Part shown: piece by piece, positions 14,512 through 27,934 of the stretch
Position numbering within the stretch: position 1 is the first letter of the stretch
Layout: each line of letters starts with the position of its first letter
Source: Vermamoeba vermiformis
Lineage: Eukaryota
DNA: 64,000 nucleotides
Assembly (NCBI GenBank): GCA_045837725.1
Contig: JBEWZL010000030.1
Location: forward strand, 310,001-374,000
Direction of reading: 5' to 3'
Notes under the pieces: generated by a model
Seen by the model: the letters and a program-made list of their open reading frames with translations, nothing else
Database searches by the model: none
What the model was told of the DNA's origin: nothing
Translations under genes and position numbers: made by a program

Positions 14512-17000
14512 TTAAAAGAGGACTAAGCAGCATAAACCGAGAATAATAGCGCTGAATTGAACGATCGGTGCAGTGCTAGAGGGACCACCGGGGAATTGAG
14601 GTGCATTCGTACCGTCATCGCTCTTGATGGTGAACGATGAGATCTTGTAGCTAGCTCCGTTGCCAGCAATATCACGTTTCTTAGTTGGCAAATTAATTCT
14701 ACTTTCAACTTGAATGAAGAATTTGCCCGTTCTCAGTGTAGCTAGCGGCGCAGCTCTGAACGCGACACCAGCTGTGTTTGGAGCATTGTCTAAACGATAC
14801 TATTAATACCTATGAAGTGATACTATATATATGGTATAGTACTTACTGACGTTAGTATATAGAGTGGTGTCAAATTGGTCTTCAAGTGCACCATTCATAA
14901 CTTGACCGGAGTAAACTAAGCGAGCCACAGGTCTGACCGTCCATGTTTGGGTCTTTAGAATGAACATTAATACTATGACAATACGTTATTAAGAAGGTAT
15001 ACTCACAGCACATCCGTAGAAACCGTTATCAGGCGCATAAACAGGAAGAGATCCATCGACCGTGTAGCAGATCCAAACGTTGTAAATGCTGTTGACGTAG
15101 GTGTTCAAATCTTGATTATTGGCGACATTAACAGTGCTAGTCACGAAAATGACGTCATAAGTAGTAAATTCGGTCTTTGGTGAGCCATCAGGGTTAGTGT
15201 TGCCGAATCCTACTGAACTTGGCAAAACAACCGCAGGAACAGTTTCATTGTTGTTATTAACTTGAGGTACCGTAAGTTGCAAGGAGAACGCAGCAGATAC
15301 GGTTTGTACGATGGTACCGTCAGTACGCGTCCAATTAATTTGGTAGTCTCCTGAGTAGTCGTTGGATGCAACGGATGTAGCAAACTTCCAGAGCTGCGAT
15401 TGAGCATGGGAGGGAATAGGCGATATTACATCGAGGCCAATGCCTGCAGGCTGAGTTACGACTCTAGCAGTTGTCAAGCTAAGAAGGAATTAGAAAACAA
15501 ATCCGTCTCTTCTACGTAAACGCCTTGGATCTTACTAGTAAGAAGCAGAAATGGTGTTCGTTAGCAAAGAGAGCGCTAAAGTACCATCGTCTTGGATATT
15601 AAGAGAAGCAATGGTGAAGTCGAAAACGTTCGATGAAGTTCCGGATGAGATCGAAGTAGACGAGACAGAGAATGATACAAAGAAGGGAGATGAGAACTGA
15701 GTGGCGTAGAATCCCTCGAGGTGGTTAGTAGCGTTCACGGGCTTCACTGCAGTAACATAAACAGTTCCTAGAATTATTCCGGTTTTGTTAGATCCGTTTG
15801 AAAAAATCAATACAGAAAGACTGATTCATACCGTTATATTGAATATCGGTACCAACGATGGATCTAAGAATAGAATTAGTGGTTCCATCGGCCTTCTTGC
15901 AGCTCAACAGATCCTGGAACGAAAAGCTGGATGTGTACTTGACTTTATCGCAACCAACAGCTGATACGGACCATCTATAAAGATAATAACGTTAAGAGAT
16001 CGCACAAATTATTTAAAAGATGCCATTACTATAAAAGGAAATTTGTCTGGTTAAGTCGTGATTCTGAAATTAAGCCGCGGTGAATTGAAATTGAATTCGT
16101 GGATTAACTTACTTTGATCCATGACGGTAACTCAAATAATTCGAGCTGTTAAGACCACCTGCCCAGTTAGCTGCAGGGGCTGCGTTCCAAAATTCAGGAA
16201 ATTGGCGGTTGGTTAGATCGGATGCGGCTCTGTTTTCGCAGTTTGTAACAGCCAATCCTTTAACTCCTAAATAAAGTATTTTAGCATATTGTTATTATGT
16301 AAGAGTAATAAGTATACCTTTTGTGTAATCTGAGGTAAAAGGAGCAAAATCAACAACCCAAGTAAATCCTTGAAGAGCGTAGCTCGTAACAACTTCGAAA
16401 TAAAACTTTTGTTCATCGCCATTGTATACCGTATTGAAAGTAGGTTGTGGAGGAATTCCAGCAGCAACACCAACAGGGTTCCAAATGGCTGGGCAAGAGG
16501 GATCGCTCGAAACGCGATCTCCAACTGAGATTTGGGTAGTATTACAACGATTGCGAAATTTGATTCAAAAAATTGGTTACCTTTAAGAGTGCTACTATAG
16601 TAATAGGTAGTTGTAGAAGTTGAGGAGTCGTGTAAGGCCAAAGTAATGTAGATCGGGAAGTCAGCAGCGATAGGAGAGGACATGACTTGAGTGATCGTTT
16701 GTGTGGCTTGAAGCGAAGAAATTTGAACCCAATTAAGTATTTCGGTACCATTTTCAGTGATGCCAAAGGCATAATAGGCCGTAATTGTTGACAAATCCGG
16801 CAACGAGCTTACATCCACTCTGAATGTTAAGAAGTTCGCTAATGAAATACGTCAGTACCGGTATTATCATTATATTAACACTTACGAGATGTTTGGCGAT
16901 TGATGTTGCTTATGAAGCCATGATTAACTGTTTGAGCTGAAACGATCGACAAAGAGAATAGAACGATTACGGCAGATATAACTATAGCAGAACGTATCAT
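14512..17000 (-). CDS. Secreted, probably GPI-anchored Ser/Thr-rich surface protein of unknown function
   Basis: Signal peptide MIRSAIVISAVIVLFSL. Several spliced exons (ORFs 16267.., 15535.., 14989..). Hydrophobic C-terminus IVQFSAIILGLCCLVLF, stop at 14512. Confidence 0.65.
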
Positions 17001-17559
17001 CGTGGCTTATTGAATGACAATAAGACCACTTATGGTGTATCGTAGGGGATTAGAATTATTTAATAGCACACGCGGCAATTTTAATTAAAAATATAGGCGG
17101 AATAATGTATCATCGAAGCCGAGATGCGGGAGATCGATGACAAATGCTAATTTAGTTATTATTTTCTATTTTTGCCAGGTTGGTGGTTCCACCTGAACCG
17201 CAAACGAATTAATGTTTCATGAACGTAGCAGCGGAAGAAATTTCGAAAGAGGTAATAACGGGTTAATTGGATTATAAATACTTCCAACTTAATAGTCCTA
17301 GTACCAAGTACTACGAGAAAAATTACGCAGCTACTTAAGAGAAAAAACCAAAAAATGTACATTGTGGTTCAATTTAGGCTATAATTTACAAATAAAACGA
17401 AAATATTTCCGTAGTTAATATTCGCTGCTTTCCAAATTAATGCAATTATTGCCGCAGCGGTGATTCGATTAGATTAACGTGTATTAAATTTTCAGCTGGA
17501 TCACAAAAAAAGATCCGTTGTTATTTAATTACACTTACAAGGCCTCGGGACTAAGCAGC

Positions 17560-19294
17560 CTATTGAATCATGCGCAACAGTTCTTGCACTTGTTTTCTCG
17601 TTGGTTCAGGGAGTTCTTGGATCTGTTGTGGTGTCAACATTCTGACCTGATTCAGCAACTGCTGTTGTGCTTCAGGCAATTCATGAATAGGCACGTGCTG
17701 CACTGGCGCGGGAGGTTGATTCATATTCATCATCGGCATCGGGGGCATTGGTCCGCCCATGGGAGGCATGCCCATTGGCATTTGACCGACAGGGAAGTTA
17801 GGCATCGCTAAGTATAGTAAGTTAATAAATATAATTATAATATATTAACCGTATTTATATTGTAACTGGAATTGCATTCTCTACCTCCAGGGAATCCAGC
17901 GGGCATGCCAGGCGGCATATTCATGCCATGAGGTGGGCCTGGCATCATTCCAGGAACGATTGGCGGCATTTGCTGTACACTGAGTAATAATTGCTGCATT
18001 AAGTACAATTAGTATTAAAGTTCATTGTTATAACGAAACGGATGTGGATCCGGATGTACCTTTGCGGTGGCAGGATTAATCATGCCTAATACTATTTGTC
18101 CATGTAATAATGCATATGCTAATTGAGGGTTGTCGAGTAATAATTGTTTGGCTTGATCAGGTGATTGTGTAATAAGACTCTAAAGAAATCAAGTGTTGCA
18201 TGTTAGACCTTTTCGACCATAATTGCCATATTAGGAAATAATAATTTACCTTCATTTGTGTCATAATTTCATATAGCTGGCTCGGTGACATTGATTCAAC
18301 GACTTTGTTGACTTCACCTTGCAATGTAGTCTGTCCACCGGCTCCAAAACCAGGCATCGGCGCAGCTAAAAATAACTCAATTAAAATTTCATCCAACGAC
18401 GGAAAATGAATTCGTGCAAACATACCCATGCCTGGAATCATTTGTGGGGGCTAATAATACGAAAGATAATTAATACTATTACCGTCGGAAGGAATCATAA
18501 AAGTACTTACCGCATTTGGTCGACCAGGTTGATTGCCAAAATTTCCTATAATATTACGTGATTATTAATAAATGCTTAATTCAAGCTACAATTATAATAT
18601 TAAGCTCGTTTCAATTGAAGCGGATCCAGAAAATTAATGAAAATGAATTGAAGACTTGTGACATACCTGTAGCAGGTCCTGCAGGTCCAGGAGGATTATT
18701 TCCGGGTCTACCGGCAGCTTTTCCATCATCTCCACCTTTATCTTGTTCTGAAAAGCCAACACGTAGTTGTCTGCCGTGCATCTCGTAACCGTTTAAATTT
18801 CTGATCGCGCTCATAGCTGTAACTGAGTCTCTATATTCACAAAATCCAAATCCTTTTGGTTTACCAGTATCACGATCAAATACTAATCTATACAAGGGTT
18901 AACATATGAATAATGACGGAAGATGCGATCGAGGAACTTACCTGAAAGATAATACTGGACCAACTTCTTTGAATATATCTATTAATTCTTCTTCTGTAGC
19001 ATCATAGGGAATATTTCCAACTGCATAAGTGCGCGATTAGAAAAGTTACTAATTATTTTGATGGAGGAAAGGTTGCAAAAAGTTCCAAAAATTTTAAATA
19101 AATTTCAACGACTTATAAAATACATAAACCATTATAAGGTGTAATAAGTATATTATTATTCATCAAATTAAAATTTTTGGACGCTCAGTAATTAAATCAT
19201 TTTGGAGATCTGCGGCCTTACCGAATACACTTCGTCGTTCTCTATCACCTCTATCGCCACCACCACCTCTATCACCTCGATCTGATCTGCTCAT
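17560..19294 (-). CDS. CSTF2: Cleavage stimulation factor 64 kDa subunit (CstF-64/Rna15)
   Basis: RRM ([33 protein letters not shown]), hinge ([13 protein letters not shown]...[12 protein letters not shown]) and C-terminal domain ([19 protein letters not shown]). Confidence 0.92.
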
Positions 19295-19789
19295 GGTTGA
19301 TTTGTGTTCAATATATTATACAAAACAAAAATAAGCTCCAATGCCCGAAACAAAAAAGTTCAATGCATCATGAACTGATGTAACCAATCCGAAAACAATT
19401 CAGTCGCTTGTTTGGTATCAGCGATAAAATAGCAGTCTCGGAACGACTGTATAGAGGATTAATGGTTTTTATGAAGAGAGAAGTAAGCCTTTAATATTAC
19501 TTGCGTTATCAATTATTTAAAAGTAATAGTACGCTTTTTTTTGCATTTCGAGTGATTGACAAATGATAGGTTCGTTTATCGCGTCTCACGTCTGTTTACT
19601 GTAGGTTGTGGCACTATGGAATGTAATTTAGAGACTCGAACGAGTGTGAATGGATTTTGTGTCGATTGAATGCTGCGCAAGATTTTGTGGGTCAATTTCA
19701 AATGCGGCAGAAAAAACCCGAGTAAAATTTTTTAGCGGATTAAATCTCAACTTAAAGTTTAGCGTACCACATAACAGTACTCAATAATT

Positions 19790-21713
19790 ATGGGTTGCTC
19801 CACGTCTGCTGCTCGAGATCCACCAACGGTATGTTAACGAGATGATATTAAATATTTTATTCTGAATCAGTAGAAAATTCTTAATGCGATGGATACGTAT
19901 TCATAACCGCATTTTAGTACGAAAAGACTTGCTCGATTTCATTATCAGAATTTAATTTTTGAAATTGAATTGATTGAAGATTTTCTTTTTGTGACGGATC
20001 ATCCCAAACTTTGTTCCTTTCCAATTTATACAATCAATATTAATTTCCAATATACTGCAGGACGATGAGTTGAATAAGAAATTCAATGCCCCCGCTAATC
20101 CCACAGCAAGTTCGCCAGGTAAGCAATCGATGGAAATTTAGCTTGCTATTAATTAAATTTACGCGAATATGTACTCTTAATAATTAAGAAGAGTTATTAA
20201 ACGCGGATAAACTGTAAGAATCGACGAGCTAATTTTTTGACAGCGCCAGGATCTGATCAAAAACCCTACCAAGAAAGACCGCTGTTAGATCCTGTAAGTA
20301 AATTTAAAACCACAGTAAATGATCGTAGCGTAATTATACTGTAATATCCATTCAATTGAATTCAAATTTCGCGTTGACGAGTTGACGCGTCGCACGTGTT
20401 TATGAAAAAAGAATCTTTGGAATTAATCCACGCTATTTTCAGACACAAACATCGGGCAGTGCGGCACCACCAAGTCAAGCGGATCAACAGAAACAACGCG
20501 AAGAGCAAGAACGACTCAAACAAGAGGCCGAGAAGAAGCGACAAGACGAGGAAAACGCACGATTGAAACGTGAAAAGGAAGAGGTTGAAAGGAAGAAACA
20601 AGAAGCCGAGAAAAAGCAACGCGAAGAGCAAGAAAAGCAGAGACTCGAGGCTGAGAAGAAGAAACAAGAAGCCGATAAAAAACAACGCGAAGAACAAGAA
20701 CGCCAAAAGCAGGAGGCCGAGAAGAAGCGAAAGGAAGAAGAAGACCGCAAGCGCCAAGAGGAACTGAAAAAGAAACAAGAGCAAGAAAAGAAACAGCGTG
20801 AGGACCAAGAGCGTCAAAAACAAGAGGCTGAAAAGAAACGAAAAGAAGAAGAGGACCGCAAGCGTCAAGAAGCCGAGAAAAAGAAGCAAGAAGAGGAAGC
20901 TGCTCGTGTGAAGCGCGAGAAGGAAGAAGCTGAGCGAAAGAAGCAAGAAGCCGAGAAAAAACAACGTGAAGAACAAGAACGCCAAAAACAAGAGGCCGAG
21001 AAGAAGCGTCAAGAGGAAGAGAATGCACGACAAAAGCGCGAGAAGGAGGAAGCCGAGAGAAAGAAGCAAGACGCTGAGAAGAAACAACGTGAAGAGCAAG
21101 AGAAACAAAGACAAGAGGCCGAGAAAAAGAAGCAAGAAGCGGAAAAGGCTCGTCTTGCTGCCAAGTCCGAGGCCAGCAAACTCGAAATTTCCCAGTCACA
21201 GAACGAAGAGCCCATTGATTTGAGCCTCTCGCTCGGTGATTCATTGACGTCGCCTCGTTTGCAAACTCCTCAAAAGACCACTCCTCGTGCTTTGAAGAGA
21301 CAACCGACCATCAAGGATCCTTCGCAAGCCCTGGTAGAAGAGCGCGAGAAATTGATTGAAGCTGGTGTTATTCCGCGCAGCGAAGTCAGCGTGTCTGCTG
21401 CCGAAGAGGAAGAAGAGAACAAAAAGGGTAAGTTTGACGCGTGTCAATGAAATCCGCAGATGACACTCTGAACTAACGGCGTGCAGCTCAATATGTACAT
21501 CCTCCTGGTGCTAAGGGTGGCATGAACTTGTTGGCAATGGTGGGACCTCCTAAAGGCGGCATGCCCAAGTTGAAGAAGACCGAGCCGAAGGAGCAGAGCC
21601 CGCGTAAAGAAGAAGAGAACTCAGGACAAGTGGACTTCCGAGCTAGCTTGAAGAAAGCTCCGCCTCAAGGTGCTGTTAAATTGCCCGTCATTCCTGTCTC
21701 GCCTAAGAAGTAG
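19790..21713 (+). CDS. N-acylated (MGC) protein with a long E/K/R/Q charged helical repeat region and C-terminal actin-binding-like motifs
   Basis: Begins MGCSTSAARD, followed by small spliced exons, ORF 20563..21450 (EAEKK repeats) and a last exon with MPKLKKT and QVDFRASLKK. Confidence 0.7.
20484..21150 (+). repeat. Coding tandem repeats (QEAEKK[QR][RK]EE units)
   Basis: Recurrent caagaggccgagaagaagcg / caagaagccgagaaaaa units encoding ER/K-rich repeats. Confidence 0.85.
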
Positions 21714-21916
21714 TTAGCCATCGTGGATCGGAAATGGAATGTTAATATCTTAATTTTAACGTGTAAATAGCTTTACTTATGAAAGGAACAATGAATTTAA
21801 ACCTTTTCGTTCTACCAGTCCATCCCGATCAATCTGCGTCTGGGACGTTTACCAAAAAAGGTTGAATAATTTTCGGTTATTTTATTTCTTAAATTCTGCT
21901 TTAACAACAACAAGAC

Positions 21917-24341
21917 ATGGCGTACTTAACAGCTATGTTGGGCATGTATTGCCCCACAGAAGAAGACTTTGCGAGTCCCACGCCTGAAGAGTTGGCGGCA
22001 ATAGCTAAACAACAACAGGAGCTCGAAGAGCGAAAAAAGCATTCTCTTTTGGGCTCAGACCACTTTAACTTTCTAGCACGACCTGAGAGCTCTGGAGGTG
22101 GAGGTAGAGTGAAGTTAAATTTATTTTGATTTTTTTAAATTTAATTACCCCAATAAGCATCATCATTTGCGGCTCTAGCAATTCGTTGTATTTTAATTAT
22201 TGAACTAACGGTTTCGTCTTTAGCTTCTGGCGTTAAAATCGTACGTGATCAAGCTGGTGTTCTTTACTTTATGAATACTAAATCGTGGCCGTTTCACTAT
22301 CAATTCTGTGTCACGTTTTTGAACGAAAAAAGGTGAGTTCAGCCGATCTGTCTGGAATTCTAAATCTAGAGTTGCCCTAAAAAAAGTACTTTTTTGTTAG
22401 GACTCTAGAAGCCTTTAACGAGCAAGTGTATACTGGAAAAGATCGATCGATGATGTTTGCAACCATTGTTGCTTATCCGAGCGCTGACAGTGGAAAGATT
22501 TACTGTTTGGAACTTAATCCGGCTGATCCAATGGTTCCTGACCTAGCAAAGATCAATGACTTCTTTGGCCAAGTCAAAAAAGAGTTTATGGTCGATCATA
22601 TTGAAAGGCCAGTCTTATACTTCCACCCAACATCAACATCTCAGATCGAGGCCATACAAAACAAAAAACTGCTCCGTTCCCGTAATCCACTCCTCGGAGA
22701 TTTTCGGAAATATTCCGTATAAAGTCGGGCAGCAAGGCCTAGTGACGAACAAATACGTGGCTGTGTTTGACAACAAAAACTACACTCAAGAGGAACTGCA
22801 GGCTTGGCTCAATCTCCGCACCACGGAAGAAATCGTAGTTATTCCGTCGGTCCCGAACGACATTCCAGCCGTCGGTGGTGTCATTTGCAACGATGTTATT
22901 CCGCCTTTATGCCACGTGGCGTTGTTGTGTCAGAACCGAAAGACACCGTATTGCTACTACAAAAATGCAACCGAACAGTTGAAGAAAATACAGAATTTAG
23001 TAGTCAGCGGCGTCATTGCTAATAATGGATTTCATCTTGACGGCAGAAGTAAAGGCTCTAAAGCCGAATCAGATCCGGTACAACCGATATCTATTCCAGC
23101 TGCTGACACGATCACCACGCAATTCATCGAGCTAGATTCGTTCAAGGCGTCTGACACACGCGTTGTAGGCGCCAAAGGTGCACAGCTAGCGAAAGTTGAT
23201 GCGATTTATAGACAACCAATCTTCGCAGGAACGTTCATCATACCGTTCCATCACTACAACAACCACGTGAACAAAAACCAAGCACTTCTAAAAGAACACT
23301 TGCACCCGCTTCTTAGCAAGCTTGGTACTCTTACTAATGTCAATTCGAGATCACCGGAGGCAATCAAGAGCAACGCATTCGACTACAACAAGTTTTCCAC
23401 TCTTGTGGAGAAGATAGTCCAAGCGCCAGTTGACGGCGAGCTAGTGCAGAGTGTGATCGATAGAATAGTGCAAAACAAATGGACTTCAGTCATCTTGCGC
23501 AGCTCAACAAATGCTGAAGATCTAACTGGATTCAACGGCGCTGGCTTGTACGAGTCCGTGCCGTTGAGTGGGGACGACGTGACTAATCCTGAGAAGATTG
23601 CCCATGCTTTGAAGACGGTGTGGGCTAGTGTCTGGAGTCCCAAGTAGGTTACTTCCTCTCAATACTTTGACTTTATCGGCTGACCCTGTATCTTCGTAGG
23701 GCTGTTAAAGAGCGACATTATTACAAAATGGTGCACCTTAAAGTACAAATGGCAGTGATCGTGCAGCCGTATATTAACGACAAACTTTCTGACTTGAAAG
23801 TGCTCATGAACGGAGTTTGCATAACACATGATGTCGCACGACACAAAGTCAAACACGGCTTCGTTGTACACACGTAAGACAGTGCTGTCTAATTGTACGC
23901 CTCTAATATCTTGCTAGTTTCCCTGGAAATGAATACAAAGTGACCAATCATTACAAAGAAGCTACGCCAGAAAGTGTCACGTTGCTTTTGAATCGTCAAA
24001 AATCTTCCGTGGACATGCTCTTGAACTCGCTGTGCAACAAAAGTGCGGGTCCGTTACTGACGCAAGCCGATGCCGTGAATCTTGTGGACGTCTTTGGCAA
24101 ACTTCACAACTTAATGCTGGCCTCGCAGCACTCTATGCACAACACTCAAGCACTGGACATTGAGTTCTTGATCATCGACAACAAGGCGACAAACACCAAT
24201 CGCGAGTTAGTGGTCCTTCAAGCACGTCCTTATCAAGTCAATGTGGCACCAGCGGGCGTTGATTATGATGCCAAACTGGAGCGTGCTTGGTTGAGCTTCT
24301 CAACTTTTCACAGCCTGATCGGTTGCTTTAAGTACCATTAA
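21917..24341 (+). CDS. PEP/pyruvate-binding (PPDK_N, ATP-grasp) domain protein of bacterial type; apparent homopolymer frameshift at ~22665
   Basis: LCHVALLCQNRKTP, VGAKGAQLA, FIIPFHHY, ILRSSTNAEDLTGFNGAGLYES, KTVWASVWS, MAVIVQ, MNGVCIT and LDIEF...VLQARP. Confidence 0.75.
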
Positions 24342-24539
24342 CGTATACTATTGACTAACTAGAATAAAATTATCTAAGCGTAAGTACCTTGATAACCAAA
24401 AATAAATTTGAGCCAAACATGCAAAATCTAATAATTCACAACCGTAAAAAAGAAAAAAAAGTGACAACTTGTCACTCGAGCTTATTTTGAAATTTTATAT
24501 TCAAAGAGTTGCAACTGCACATAATATGATTCTGTTACA

Positions 24540-26604
24540 ATGAATCAAAACCACTTTATTATTTATTTGTTTATTTATTTGGCGATCCTAAGCGTCGTTG
24601 CAGGTTTCAAAGTACTCTTTCCACCTCACTTGGAAGGTGTTTATAACAGTCCATTTCTATCAAGTTACCCTACCAATATGTACGTTTCAAATATCCCATG
24701 CGAAGTAGAATCAGCAGTTTGCAAACTTGAACTAATTTATGCAATTGTTTTAGATCAAGAGACAAGCCCGTAGTTGCAAGGCTAACAGGTAGCTTCGCTG
24801 AAACAGGACCGTATGAAGGCACAATATTATTGGGTTGCATTGAGGATGAGATCGGGACGTAAGTCTACCGGAGTTTCGGTTGCTGAATCAAAAAGCGGCA
24901 TATTTAACAAGTTAACTCTCATAATAGTAAAATAAATGGCAAATTGATATCATTTATAGCAATTTTGAAATAACTAAATAGCACGAGTTGCAAACTTTGA
25001 AGTTTACGGACCAAATCCACGCTCGTCAGTTTTCTAACCGTCTTTATTTAGAATGGAGGATATCATACGTAGAGGAATGCGAAACTATCCTGGAATAATT
25101 GGGTGGCTCAGCTGCTCCGTATTTACGGGTAAGCAGAGCCTTCGTAAATCTAGACGATCTGACATCTGCTTCATAGATGTTCCTGGAGCGATTCAATATT
25201 CATTCGATGGCACCGATCGAACGGATATTGGTATTCCTGTTTGGGACTCGGGGCTTGCAAACATAAGACCTATCAGAGATTTTATGCGGAGTGATGCTCC
25301 GAATCGAACAGTAGTCATTGAAATTGATTTTGATGGTAAGCAAGTGGTTTCGTAGTTTAATGCGCACTGATAATAAGCAGAAACAGGCGTATTGCAACAT
25401 TTTTTTGCTTTTACCCAAAGTGGACATGATCTTGAATTAACGTATTCAACTGTAGACGTGAATGAATGGACAGCAGTCAATGATTTGGGAGTTAAAACGA
25501 TGTTCAGTGTGGTCGTTGGAGGCTTTGCTTTTGCAGTTGCCGGTGTAGCCCTTGCTAAACAAGTGGTAAGATCGGTTAATAACCTAATCGTGTATTATTA
25601 ATTTAACTATACTTAGATGTTCCTACGAGCTCAAGGGCCTACCCGAAACTTACCTCAAATTATTTTGTGGATTGAGTTTTTCGCGAACCTTGGTACGCAA
25701 CATTGTGATACGAAATGTCGAATGCACTATTAATATTATTATTATTATAGAGCGAGGTGTATATTCAGCTGTTGATCCGTTGTTGAGCGGTCGATTCATC
25801 TTTCCTTTCTTCGCAGCGAACATTTTACCAACAATTTCGCTCCCTGCTTATGCCACCACTTCGCTATTGATTACATTATATTGGTGAGTATATTTAAAGC
25901 TCTTAATCGATAATTATAATCCTTTGATTTGAGACAAATGAGTATAGCGCCGATAGTTCGGCCAATTTTTTTTAATCTGATGTTGCCTTTTTAGGAAAGA
26001 AGTGTTGTCCAACAAACAGATGAAAGTCGTTACATTCTTAGACAAGATGAAGGTCTATTTCTTGGTGTTTGTGTCATTGACTTGGGCCATCGAGATCATC
26101 AATGCGTTCTTGCGGTCATTTGGAATTGGTCCGTTCTTCATCCTCTTCGTCATCGTATCGATATTCTACTTCATCGTATCAGTTCTTACTGCCATATTCT
26201 TCCTTTATTATGGTCGCAAACTGCTTGGCACTCTGAACGATCCTGGTGTTGCGAAGGCCGAATCTAGATCCAGCAAATTCAAAGTACGCTGATGAATGAT
26301 AATATATAGAGTTCGTTATTAACAGAGAATATATTATTAGGCGGTTAGAATGTTAGTGACGAGTGCTGTTTTCGAGATCGTGTACAGTACGATCCTCATC
26401 ATGCCTGCAACGCCAGTCTATTTCCAGCCCCTTGGATTCTTTGCAGTTAACTTTGTTGTTTTTTTGCTCATGGTTGCGATCAGTTTGATCAAAGTCTTGG
26501 CGTTTGTTGCTCCCTCTGCTTCACCGAAGCATTCAAACTCGCCGAAAAATTCAGAAGCGATGACGCCTCGCTCTCCTTCTACTTCGCGAAATGTACAAAT
26601 ATAA
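24540..26604 (+). CDS. Signal peptide + PA-like domain + multipass (7TM, THH1/TOM1-like) membrane protein, copy A
   Basis: Spliced exons match ORFs 24540.., 25053.., 25392.., 25672.., 26002.. and 26350... Ectodomain with IGIPVWD, followed by several hydrophobic helices. Confidence 0.65.
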
Positions 26605-27551
26605 ATGATTGTAATATTAACTTTAAAACGTTCTGTAATTCTGTTCTGTTCGAAATTTTTAGTACTTCGATACGATCCAAGATGAGCGCAACAGAAGACA
26701 AAATAACTGCTCAAGAGACGCCCAAATATTGTCCTGTATGCTGTTTGATACGCAGTGGTGCCTTAGGAGGGTGAGTAGAGCCAACATTATTTCGCTCCGA
26801 AGTTTTACTCGGACTGATCTATTTCCAAACAATAATTAAAAATTATTCGTTATCATTATCATACACACTGCATATCATTGGTCAATATTTGTATTTATTC
26901 CGATCAATAGCAATTTTTGTTGATTTTTAACAATTTGTTTTTGTTTCAGCATGGCTGGCACGGCAGCAGGAGGATCGATCATGGCTCTGATGTCCGGTTA
27001 TCGCGTACTAAACAAGTCAATGACAACTTCTAAAGGCATTCAGTCAATACTGATTGCAGCCATTGGAACTGGCATTGGTTTTGCTGCGACATTCACCGGG
27101 TAAGTTCACTATCAGTGACTAATATCGAATAATGATACTCACGTTAATATTAATACTAATATGTACGACCATAGATATGCATTTGGATCACACCGATGGC
27201 AGTCATTGGACGTGAACTCATTTAATGTTCTTGGTGCGACAGCTGCTGCCTCTGGAGGTGAGCCTTTCATTATAACAACGATACATATCTATCAAATACA
27301 TTCATATTAACATAACCGTATGTTTCAGCGATGGCTACCTCACTTTACTGCGGATATTTATGGAGTGATCTGATCAACGATCAACCTCCACGTCACTCCA
27401 AAATACTAAGAACAGGTCTGATTGCATCAAGTGGTGCATTTGTAGTGGGAGGAGTGGCAGTCAAGTCGCTGTATCGCTATCTTGTGTTGAAAAGAAAAGT
27501 CGGTCTGATCTGCATTCCAGGACTGTTGGAGAGCGAGAACATCAAATAATG
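24605..27551 (+). repeat. Left arm of an inverted segmental duplication (partner 45313-48310)
   Basis: Exon-for-exon match on the opposite strand. ORF 27331..27549 is identical in protein sequence to ORF 45315..45533. Confidence 0.95.
26682..27549 (+). CDS. Small Gly-rich multipass membrane protein (Tim17/22/23-like character), copy A, 4 exons
   Basis: Manual splice gives MSATEDKITAQETPKYCPVCCLIRSGALGGMAGTAAGGSIMAL...AIGTGIGFAATFTGYAFG...MATSLYCG...ESENIK. The family assignment is tentative. Confidence 0.6.
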
Positions 27552-27934
27552 AATAATTGTTTTTCGCAAGAATAACATTATATCGGTACATTATATCGTA
27601 AAATTAATATGCACCGTATCGATATCAACTCACAAACCTTCACCTGAGCTCCAGTGAGCCAAGGTAAGTTCGATCGCCAACCGACCTAAAGATCCACCCA
27701 ATTATCTCATCGAATTATTTCTTTTCAGAATAAGATACGGTCAATTTTCGAGCTCAACTCCGAAATTGCAAGGGATTGCAGTCTAATTGCTTGACAAGCT
27801 GACAGGTGATTTGGACCAGCTCAGAAAATAATTGCGGTCCCGTAAGTTTGTCTTTTATAGAGAAGTGAGGAAATTTTATTTTAACATTATTTCTTCTGCA
27901 GTCAATCCGCCAACAATCGAACGAGACTCGTGAG

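Noticed and set aside
20484-21150. Repeat array as possible CRISPR or satellite
   Set aside because: Degenerate in-frame coding repeats with no unique spacers, in a eukaryotic context.
20362-21244. Long Leu/Phe/Ser-rich minus-strand ORFs
   Set aside because: Antisense shadows of the GAA/AAG-rich repeat exon.
22660-22670. Programmed frameshift in the PPDK_N-like gene
   Set aside because: Removing one A from the homopolymer restores the frame; typical long-read error.
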